A stretch of DNA of 29,235 nucleotides, taken from positions 1 to 29,235 of the forward strand of contig JBAVAA010000740.1 of assembly GCA_049585515.1 (NCBI GenBank), read 5' to 3'. The number at the start of each line of letters is the position of its first letter. Position 1 is the first letter of the stretch. Source of the DNA: Terriglobales bacterium (GTDB taxonomy: Bacteria > Acidobacteriota > Terriglobia > Terriglobales > Acidobacteriaceae). The notes beneath the pieces were generated by a model. It searched no databases, was not told the DNA's origin, and saw only the letters and a program-made list of their open reading frames with translations. Shown here piece by piece: positions 17,018 to 24,182 of this stretch. The position numbers were made by a program, and so were the translations under genes.

Positions 17018-20000
17018 CTAATAGCCGGCCGCCAGCAGCACATCGTCCGCTTCCCACACGCCATTGCGAAACACAACGCTTCTTCCTGAGATAGCGGGGA
17101 TACGGTCGCCGGGAACGATGATGCCAACCAGATTCAGGGGATCAGCGGCGGAGATAATTACGCGTTCGCTATTGGCATTCTGCGGCAGCTTGCGGTGTGC
17201 GCGCAGGGATTCGACGGCGACCGGAAGGGCGAATTGTTCTCCCAGAAATCCATCGACAAACCTGCCGCCGCGGACCTCGCCACGATCTTCGAGGCGGCGG
17301 TAGCCGATCTGCAATTCACGCCAGCGCGGAAGATTGGTTTCGCGCACCAGCAGGTCGCGGAAGACGACGCCGTAGCGGCGCAGCAACATCCAGCAGCAGG
17401 ATTCAACGCTGCGGTCGCGATCGGCGCCTTCGGTGTGCAGGAGCGACCAGCGGCCGGGAGCGTGGCGCGGGCGTCGGACTTTACCCAGCACTTTGCCCAG
17501 CCCGCTGCCAGAGGCATGTTTCGGCGTCACCAGTGCGCGCAGGTTTTCGAATCCGTCCGCGGTTACGAGACCTGCGGCAACCAGTTCCCAGAGCCCGGTT
17601 TCGATTTCCGCTTTGAGGCGGCCGGTTGCTCGCACCATGTCGGGAAAGAACAGCGCGCCACGATGTTTGAGAAGTTCGGGAAGTGCTTGCGCCACCGGGC
17701 TCAGGAACGAACTAGCAGAATCGTCCGCACCGGGATGATGCGGGCGCAACCAATCGGCATCCTCGCGGACAAAGAACGCGATCGGGGCCACGCGTGTCGG
17801 AATCACGCGGCGCCGGTTCTCGCGTCCGTTCTCGTCACTGCCAGTCGCTTCGAGAGTCGCCGGATGCGGCGACAGGCGGCCCCATCCGACCGCGCCTGTC
17901 AGGCATAACTGATCGAGGTTCGCGGGATCGTAGTCGGAGATTCGGCGCGCCAGAATGAACCGCTCCCACGCGCTCGCGGGGATTTCAAACCCCTGCAACT
18001 GCCGGATCACTTCCAGTGTGCCGTGCTCGCCACGCGCTTGCGTTCCGGGAGCGACATGCTGCCAGCGCAACAGCCAGCTCATGAATTGCGATGCGGTGAC
18101 CGGGGCAATTTGCTTGCGCAAGGTCGCAACGGTCAGGCGGTGAATCCGAGCCAGCAGGCGGCGCTCGCACCACTCCGTTTCAGGTTCGGAGGGGGTAGGT
18201 TCGGAGGAGGCAACCTGCGCTTGCCGGGACAGCGGAGGGCGGCTGTCCCTACGTGGAAATTCATTTTGCAGATGTGAATCAGTCGAACGGAACTTGCCGC
18301 GCAGGATTGCGCCGCTCGCTTCAATGCGGAATAGGGCTTTTTCGATCTCCGAAGCCGGCAGCCCTAGCAGATCGCCAATTTCGGATGCCGTGGTTGGGCC
18401 GAGATGCGCGATCCATCCCTGCACCGCGGCGAGCAAAGCATCATCCGTAGAGACGCGGCTGGCCGCGTCTCCCTCTTCAATAGAAGTCTTCGGATGTGGT
18501 TCGATCGGATGCATCGCCCGGAAGTATTCACCTCGCTCCGCAGCGACCCAATACTGTTTGCCGGCGGTCGTTGCCACAACCGCGCGATTCTCATGTTGCA
18601 GGCGATCGAAAAACCCCTGCCAGTTGTCAGCAATTTGCGCTCGGGTTGCCCGAGAACTGAGAACTGAGAACTGAGAACTCTCAGGCGCTGGTATCATCAC
18701 CAGCGTATGCAGCACATCATGCAATTCGTCGGCATCACGCACATCCGGCCACGCCTCTTGCCGCACTTGCGCAATGGCCGCCGGATCAAGCGCGCCAACT
18801 TCTTCGAGCACCGAAGCTGGCAACACTCGACGCATCTCGACCGCCCGCGCCCGGCGTTCCTCTAGCGGCGCGTCATCCAGATATGCGTAGGGGTTTGCGT
18901 TGAGAATCTCGTGCGAGAATTGCGAGGGCACAGGAGTGTCCACCGCCAGGCAACGAATCCGTCCCTGCTCGATTCCGCGCAACACCTGAGCCAAGCCATC
19001 GATGTCGAGCGCCTCGGTAAGCACGTCTTTCATGACCTCGCGCACCAGCGGATGGTCGGGAATCTTGATGTCGCCCTCGATATTTTCCTGGCAGGCGGCT
19101 ACATCGGGAAAAACCGAGGCCAACAGGTCGTCGGAGCGCATGCGCTGAATCTGCGGCGGCACTTTCTTGCCGCCCTGAAAACGTAGCAACGCCAGGGCCC
19201 GTGTCGCATCCCAACGCCAGCGGGTTTGAAAAACTGGCGCTGCCAGCGCGGCTTGTTCCAGTATCGGTGGCATGCTCTCGGAGTGGAGGAACTGGAAAAC
19301 ATCCGCCAACGGAAAGCTGTGCTGCTCCGCAAGCGCGATGTTCAATCCGTTGTCGGTAGCGGCCGCCTGCAGCTCGAAATTGAAGCCACGGCAGAAGTGC
19401 TTGCGCAAGGCCAATCCCCACGCTTTATTGATGCGGCCGCCAAAAGGTGCGTGGATGATCAACTGCATTCCGCCGCCCTCGTCGAAGAATCTTTCGGCGA
19501 TGATGGTGGTCTGCGTTGGCACATCGCCCAGTACAGCGCGGCCTTCGAGCGTGTACTGAATCAGTTGTTCGGCGCCCGGTAGATCAAGCCCACATTCTTC
19601 GCGCAGCCAACTCACTGCTTCACCTACCACGGGGAAATTCCGCCATCCTGCGACTGGAACGACGCCGGGAAGGCGGTCGCTGATTTCTTTGCGCAATTCG
19701 CCCAGTTGCTGCGAAAGCTCCTCGGTACGAGCCGGGGCTTCACCGCGCCAGAAGGGAACGCTGGGCGGCGCTCCGTGCGCATCTTCGACTAGCACGCGCG
19801 AGGTCCGCGATTCCACTCGGCGGATACGCCATGAAGTGTTCCCGAGCAGCATGATGTCGCCCGCCAGGCTTTCAACGGCGAAATCTTCATCGACCGTTCC
19901 GACGTTCGCGCCATCCGGCTCGGCCACCACCGAGAACAAAGCATTGTCGGGGATCGCGCCGCCGCTGGTGATGGCCGCCAGACGCGCACCGCGCCGCGCC

Positions 20001-21505
20001 CGCACTTTGCGGTTGATGCGGTCATGATGCAGATACGCGCCATAACGGCCGCGTTGCGAAGCGATTCCCTCTGATAGCATGGTCAGCACTTCGTCGAACG
20101 TCTCGCGCGTTAGATTGCGATAGGGATAAGCGCGCTTGACGAGCGCGAACAATTCGTCCTCGTCCCATCCATCGTTCAACTTGATTTCATCATCCGTGGA
20201 GCGGGGGGCGTCCCCGCCCGGCCTTCCGGCAGCCGCGCAACACGCGACGATTTGCTGGGCCAGAACGTCGAGCGAACCTTCCGGAAAAATCAGGCGGTCG
20301 AGTTCTCCGCGACGAATGGCGCGCACGAGCACGGCGCATTCGGCAAGATCGTCGCGTGTGGTGACAAAGAATCGTCCCTTGGGGACTGCGCCTCGCCAGT
20401 GTCCCGACCTCCCGACGCGCTGCAGCGCGACCGCAATCGAACGCGGCGAACTGATGTGGCACACCAGATCGACGGTTCCGACGTCGATGCCGAGTTCGAG
20501 GGAGGCGGTCGCCACCAGCACCTTTACCTGACCTTCTTTCAATTTGCGCTCCGCCTCCAGACGCAGCTTGCGCGACAGGCTGCCGTGATGCGCGGCCACG
20601 TTTTCCTGGCCGAGGCGTTCGCCAAGCTGGTGGGAGATGCGTTCGGCGAGACGCCGCGTGTTGACGAATACGAGCGTCGAGCGGTGCGGGTTCACCAACT
20701 GCACAATGCGCTCGTAAATCTCGTCCCACATTTCATTCGAAGCCACTGGGCCTAGTTCGCTGGATGGAACTTCGACTCCCAGATCGAGCTTGCGCTTGTG
20801 CCCAACGTTGACAATGACCGGGTCTGGCCGCCCGTTGCCGGCGAGAAAGTGCGCGACCTCTTCAATCGGCTTCTGTGTTGCAGAAAGCCCGATGCGCACC
20901 GGCGGACATTCGGTCAGCGCTTCCAGCCGCTCCAACGAGAGCGAAAGGTGCACGCCGCGCTTGTCGTCGGCCACAGCGTGAATTTCATCGACGATCACAG
21001 TTTCCACGTCGCGGAGGATGGCGCGGCTCTTCTCCGCCGTCAGCAGAATGTAGAGCGACTCGGGCGTGGTCACCAGAATATGCGGCGGGCGTTTCAGCAT
21101 CAGGCGCCGGTCTTTCATTAGAGTGTCACCCGTGCGAACCGCGGTGCGGATTTCGGGCATCAGCAGCCCGCGCTCGCCCGCCATCTGCAGAATCTCTCCC
21201 AGCGGGATTTCAAGGTTCTTTTGAATGTCATTGCCAAGCGCCTTGAGCGGGGACACGTAGAGAACTTCGGTACGGTCGCGCAGTTCACCGGCGAGCGCCT
21301 TGCAAACGAGACGGTTAATGCAGGTGAGGAAAGCGGCTAGTGTTTTGCCCGATCCGGTGGGAGCCGATATCAGCGTGGTGTGGCCGGCGAGGATGTGGGG
21401 CCAGCCCTGCTCCTGCGGCTCAGTCGGCGTGGAGAAGCGGACGGTGAACCACTCCTGCACCAACGGATGGGCCCAGGCGAGGGAAGGGGAGACTGCGGAG
21501 AGCAT
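17018..21505 (-). CDS. lhr: Lhr family long DEAD/DEAH-box (SF2) helicase
   Basis: APTGSGKT, SPLKAL, TTPESL, DEIH, SAT, HHGSLS and QRVGRSGH motifs, plus the Lhr-associated domain and long C-terminal region. ATG 21505 preferred (ORF track start 21514). Confidence 0.95.
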   Translation of the reverse strand: MLSAVSPSLAWAHPLVQEWFTVRFSTPTEPQEQGWPHILAGHTTLISAPTGSGKTLAAFLTCINRLVCKALAGELRDRTEVLYVSPLKALGNDIQKNLEIPLGEILQMAGERGLLMPEIRTAVRTGDTLMKDRRLMLKRPPHILVTTPESLYILLTAEKSRAILRDVETVIVDEIHAVADDKRGVHLSLSLERLEALTECPPVRIGLSATQKPIEEVAHFLAGNGRPDPVIVNVGHKRKLDLGVEVPSSELGPVASNEMWDEIYERIVQLVNPHRSTLVFVNTRRLAERISHQLGERLGQENVAAHHGSLSRKLRLEAERKLKEGQVKVLVATASLELGIDVGTVDLVCHISSPRSIAVALQRVGRSGHWRGAVPKGRFFVTTRDDLAECAVLVRAIRRGELDRLIFPEGSLDVLAQQIVACCAAAGRPGGDAPRSTDDEIKLNDGWDEDELFALVKRAYPYRNLTRETFDEVLTMLSEGIASQRGRYGAYLHHDRINRKVRARRGARLAAITSGGAIPDNALFSVVAEPDGANVGTVDEDFAVESLAGDIMLLGNTSWRIRRVESRTSRVLVEDAHGAPPSVPFWRGEAPARTEELSQQLGELRKEISDRLPGVVPVAGWRNFPVVGEAVSWLREECGLDLPGAEQLIQYTLEGRAVLGDVPTQTTIIAERFFDEGGGMQLIIHAPFGGRINKAWGLALRKHFCRGFNFELQAAATDNGLNIALAEQHSFPLADVFQFLHSESMPPILEQAALAAPVFQTRWRWDATRALALLRFQGGKKVPPQIQRMRSDDLLASVFPDVAACQENIEGDIKIPDHPLVREVMKDVLTEALDIDGLAQVLRGIEQGRIRCLAVDTPVPSQFSHEILNANPYAYLDDAPLEERRARAVEMRRVLPASVLEEVGALDPAAIAQVRQEAWPDVRDADELHDVLHTLVMIPAPESSQFSVLSSRATRAQIADNWQGFFDRLQHENRAVVATTAGKQYWVAAERGEYFRAMHPIEPHPKTSIEEGDAASRVSTDDALLAAVQGWIAHLGPTTASEIGDLLGLPASEIEKALFRIEASGAILRGKFRSTDSHLQNEFPRRDSRPPLSRQAQVASSEPTPSEPETEWCERRLLARIHRLTVATLRKQIAPVTASQFMSWLLRWQHVAPGTQARGEHGTLEVIRQLQGFEIPASAWERFILARRISDYDPANLDQLCLTGAVGWGRLSPHPATLEATGSDENGRENRRRVIPTRVAPIAFFVREDADWLRPHHPGADDSASSFLSPVAQALPELLKHRGALFFPDMVRATGRLKAEIETGLWELVAAGLVTADGFENLRALVTPKHASGSGLGKVLGKVRRPRHAPGRWSLLHTEGADRDRSVESCCWMLLRRYGVVFRDLLVRETNLPRWRELQIGYRRLEDRGEVRGGRFVDGFLGEQFALPVAVESLRAHRKLPQNANSERVIISAADPLNLVGIIVPGDRIPAISGRSVVFRNGVWEADDVLLAAGY
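18226..18252 (-). repeat. GTAG-type REP inside lhr, in frame
   Basis: Minus strand GTA-GGGACAGC-CGCCCTCC-GCTGTCCC; translated as RRDSRPPLSR. Confidence 0.65.
18447..18473 (+). repeat. GTAG-type REP inside lhr, in frame
   Basis: GTAGAGACGCGGCTGGCCGCGTCTCCC, 22/24 identical to the intergenic REP at 3056-3079; translated as GDAASRVST. Confidence 0.85.
18652..18679. repeat. (GAGAACT)x4 heptamer tandem repeat inside lhr
   Basis: Four perfect copies; a degenerate inverted partner CAGTTGTCAG at 18621-18630; a related motif at 22914. Confidence 0.9.
20196..20222 (+). repeat. Degenerate GTGG-type REP inside lhr
   Basis: GTGGAGCGGGGGGCGTCCCCGCCCGGC; translated as PGGDAPRST in a low-complexity insert. 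Confidence 0.5.
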
Positions 21506-21512
21506 AATTCTC

Positions 21513-21547
21513 ATTTTAGCGGGAATTATCGGTTTCGCAAAACGTTC
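21513..21547 (-). promoter_or_regulatory. lhr promoter with an overlapping LexA-like box
   Basis: TTGCGA-N16-TAAAAT-N7-ATG; GAAC-N7-GAAA (21533-21547) covers the -35. Confidence 0.6.
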
Positions 21548-21588
21548 GCCTGACCATAGACCTGGGGATAAGCAAAACTGCTTGACGT

Positions 21589-22002
21589 CTAGGCCGGGTG
21601 CAAGCGCAGCGGCAGCACCGACGCATAGTTCTGGAAGTCCCGATCAGTGGTAAGGATGCTCCAGCCGCGACGGTCGGCGGCCGCGCAGATCAGAAAATCG
21701 ACCGGCGATCCAGCAATGCCGCGGCTGCGGCATTGGTTGCTCATGCGGGCGGCATCCTCATAATCGGCTGCTTCGAGCGATGGCTCGGGAAAAGACCGCA
21801 GATAGTCGCGAATCCTCTTGAATTGAGTTTCCTCGCGGATCCCTGAGAGTAACTCCTGGCGGATCGGTCCCACCATCTGCGCGCGTCCTTCACGAATCAA
21901 TTCCGCGAGGACGGTGGCCAGGCCTCGTTGTGATCCGCTAAGCTGTTCGGGGCGGCGCCGTAGCGCCATTGACCAAACCGGGGTGTCCACCAGCACCATC
22001 AT
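21589..22002 (-). CDS. vapC: PIN-domain toxin VapC
   Basis: VLVDT, QELLSG, VDFLICAAA and ILTTDRDF acidic PIN motifs; overlaps the antitoxin stop codon. Confidence 0.92.
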   Translation of the reverse strand: MMVLVDTPVWSMALRRRPEQLSGSQRGLATVLAELIREGRAQMVGPIRQELLSGIREETQFKRIRDYLRSFPEPSLEAADYEDAARMSNQCRSRGIAGSPVDFLICAAADRRGWSILTTDRDFQNYASVLPLRLHPA

Positions 22003-22247
22003 TGGCTCGGGGCCGGCAATGGCCGCGATTGACGACTCCTGCGGCGTGAACTCCGACGTCGTTCTGCCTTGTAGTCGTAAGCGGGATCGAAAGTAACGGT
22101 GCCAAAAGCATCCAGTATCTTCATCTGCTTGCGCTTGCGCACGTACTCATCCAGGGCGGCTGTGACCGCTTCTTTCTTGGTCCGGTGTTTGCCTGCGCGC
22201 CGCGCTTCTTCGATGAGTCGATCGTCTAAGGCGAGATTAGTCGGCAT
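21999..22247 (-). CDS. vapB: VapB antitoxin
   Basis: MPTNLALDDRLIEEARRAGKHRTKKEAVTAALDEYV...YDYKAER. Start placed at ATG 22247; the ORF-track extension to 22484 overlaps kdsC. Confidence 0.9.
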   Translation of the reverse strand: MPTNLALDDRLIEEARRAGKHRTKKEAVTAALDEYVRKRKQMKILDAFGTVTFDPAYDYKAERRRSSRRRSRQSRPLPAPSQ

Positions 22248-22265
22248 GTGTAGATTATTACACAT
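22246..22265. promoter_or_regulatory. vapBC operator palindrome
   Basis: Perfect ATGTGTA-N6-TACACAT spanning the -10 region and the vapB start codon. Confidence 0.7.
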
Positions 22266-22326
22266 AGTAAGGTGTACAGCACGAGCAATCGACTCGAGCG
22301 CGTGACATCCTGTTAGAATTTTCGCG

Positions 22327-22908
22327 ATGCCCAAAACACCGGCCGCCGCCCGAGCCCGCAAAATCAAGCTCATTCTTTTCGACGTGGATGGCGTCTTTAC
22401 AGACGGCAAAATCTGGATATTTCCCGCACCCGCCGGAAGCCCGCCAACAGGCATGCAGCCTGGCGTCGGCCTGATCGAGGCCAAGGGCTTTCATGCCCAC
22501 GATGGCACCGCGATCATGCTGGCCCGTATGGCGGGGATCAAGACCGGGATCATCACCAAACGCATCTCCGAAACGGTGGCCCTGCGGGCGCGTGATTTGA
22601 AGATTGACCACGTGTATCAGGGCATCCAGGACAAGGCGTCGGCGTTTGCGCAGATTTTGGAGAAAGACGGAATTACCCCAGCCGAGGCCGCTTTCGTAGG
22701 CGACGATGTAATCGATCTGCCGGCCATGCGCAGATGCGGTTTGGCGATTGCCGTGAAGAACGCACGCCCCGAGGTGAAAGCAGAAGCGCACTGGGCTACA
22801 GCGCACGCCGGAGGTGACGGAGCGGCGAGGGACGCAGTCGAATACATCCTGAAAGCGCAAGGGAAGTGGAAAAGGGTGGTCGAAGAATATATGGCGAAGA
22901 CGGACTGA
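22327..22908 (+). CDS. kdsC: KDO 8-phosphate phosphatase-like HAD hydrolase (YrbI family)
   Basis: IKLILFDVDGVFTDG, KGFHAHDG, FVGDDVIDLP and GGDGAARD motifs. Confidence 0.92.
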   Translation: MPKTPAAARARKIKLILFDVDGVFTDGKIWIFPAPAGSPPTGMQPGVGLIEAKGFHAHDGTAIMLARMAGIKTGIITKRISETVALRARDLKIDHVYQGIQDKASAFAQILEKDGITPAEAAFVGDDVIDLPAMRRCGLAIAVKNARPEVKAEAHWATAHAGGDGAARDAVEYILKAQGKWKRVVEEYMAKTD

Positions 22909-22931
22909 CGCCAGAGAACTGAGACTGAATC

Positions 22932-22985
22932 ACCCACCGGTTGTTTGCTTGGGGCGTGCTCGGGTTCGCAACCGGTGGGTTTTTT
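22932..22985 (+). terminator. Intrinsic terminator-like hairpin after kdsC (large loop)
   Basis: ACCCACCGGTTG-N25-CAACCGGTGGGT followed by a T run. Confidence 0.6.
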
Positions 22986-23126
22986 CTCCCTACTCACCCT
23001 GTCGTTTTCAGGAGCAGTGAGGGTAAAAACCCAGATGGGCCGGGAAAGTTCCGCAGCTTTCCCGCATTCGTCCCCGATTTACATGAATCATTGCCGGTCA
23101 GCGTGTTATCAATGCTTTAGTCGGGC

Positions 23127-23936
23127 TTAATTGGCGATGGCCGGTATCTTCGCCGCCATCAGTTCGGCAAAACGGGGATCTTTTCGCAAAGTGCTGAATT
23201 CATTGTCCCTGTAGACGTTCTTGATGTCCTTGTAACCCTCTTCCATCGCTTTCCTCAGATAGTGCAACGACCGGTCGTTTACGCCCGACTTCGCGTACAT
23301 CCTGGCTAGAACATAGTCGTATCGTGCCCGGTCCTGTGGAGAAGCGAGCCTGGCCTGCAGTCCGGCGTGGGAACTGCGATCGAACACATCGGGATCAAGT
23401 TCCACCGCTTTGGCATAACACTCGATGGCTTTGTCGAACTGTTTCTTGCCGAAGTAGGCTGTACCCAGGTTGCTGTAGTAGGAGGCCGCGTCATTCTTTA
23501 ACGAGATTGCTTTCTCGTAGTTCTTGATCGCGGCATTGTTGTTATGCATGTCGTAATAAGTGGCGCCGAGGTTGTTGTAGGCGTCGGCATGGTTACGATC
23601 GGCCTTGATGGAGCGTTCGAAACTCTTCCGGGCTTCTTTGTCGCGATGCATCTGGAGCTGGCACATCCCGATCTTGTTGAACAGGGACGCGCTGCCCGGC
23701 TGGCCTTTCAGAGCAGCCTCGTAGTAGTCGACGGCATCTAGGAAGTTCTTGAGGGTGCGCAATTCGTCTCCCCGTTGTTCCAGTTCTTCGGGGGTCGCGC
23801 CGGGAGCGGGCGGCTCGGCGCGGTGCAGCGGCGGAGGGCCGACTTCCACTTGTTCTGTGTTCTGGGCCTGCAATGGGAAGACGAGAAGCGCGGAGAACAG
23901 AAGTGGTACGGAACCGATGCGGATCCAGGAAAACAT
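23127..23936 (-). CDS. Secreted TPR-repeat protein
   Basis: Signal peptide; consecutive canonical TPRs (LFNKIGMC, AYNNLGATY, YYSNLGTAY); C-terminal YVLARMYA...DPRFAELM. ORF track start 23960. Confidence 0.92.
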   Translation of the reverse strand: MFSWIRIGSVPLLFSALLVFPLQAQNTEQVEVGPPPLHRAEPPAPGATPEELEQRGDELRTLKNFLDAVDYYEAALKGQPGSASLFNKIGMCQLQMHRDKEARKSFERSIKADRNHADAYNNLGATYYDMHNNNAAIKNYEKAISLKNDAASYYSNLGTAYFGKKQFDKAIECYAKAVELDPDVFDRSSHAGLQARLASPQDRARYDYVLARMYAKSGVNDRSLHYLRKAMEEGYKDIKNVYRDNEFSTLRKDPRFAELMAAKIPAIAN

Positions 23937-24027
23937 AGATACCCCCGGCCGAACATACAAAACTTCAGAGTTTCATGGCATTTCAACGTGCTTTGCTGCG
24001 TTGCCTGCAAGTTTGAGGCCGTGACCC

Positions 24028-24171
24028 CAGCCCCCCAAAGGGGCTTCGATTCAGGGCGCATGCAGCATCGCTAAAGCGATGCCCTGATACGAAGCCTCAT
24101 TGCTGCCCCCATTCGACTCATCATCCCTGTCGTGAATGCCCTGATACGAAGCATCCCTGATGCCCTGATGC
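24028..24171 (-). repeat. TTCGTATCAGGGCAT-family element with partial tandem copies
   Basis: 24065-24093 is the exact reverse complement of 16901-16929; extra ATGCCCTGATACGAA at 24136-24150 and ATGCCCTGAT at 24160-24169; companion hairpin at 24028-24044. Confidence 0.85.
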
Positions 24172-24182
24172 AGAACCTTACG

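Noticed and set aside
17018..22247. Lhr plus PIN toxin as a joint anti-phage defence system
   Set aside because: Lhr is the standard long repair type with its own promoter, and vapBC is a self-contained module; only adjacency links them.
22248..22484. 161-aa long form of VapB
   Set aside because: The extension is antisense to kdsC and crosses the promoters; VapB similarity starts at ATG 22247.
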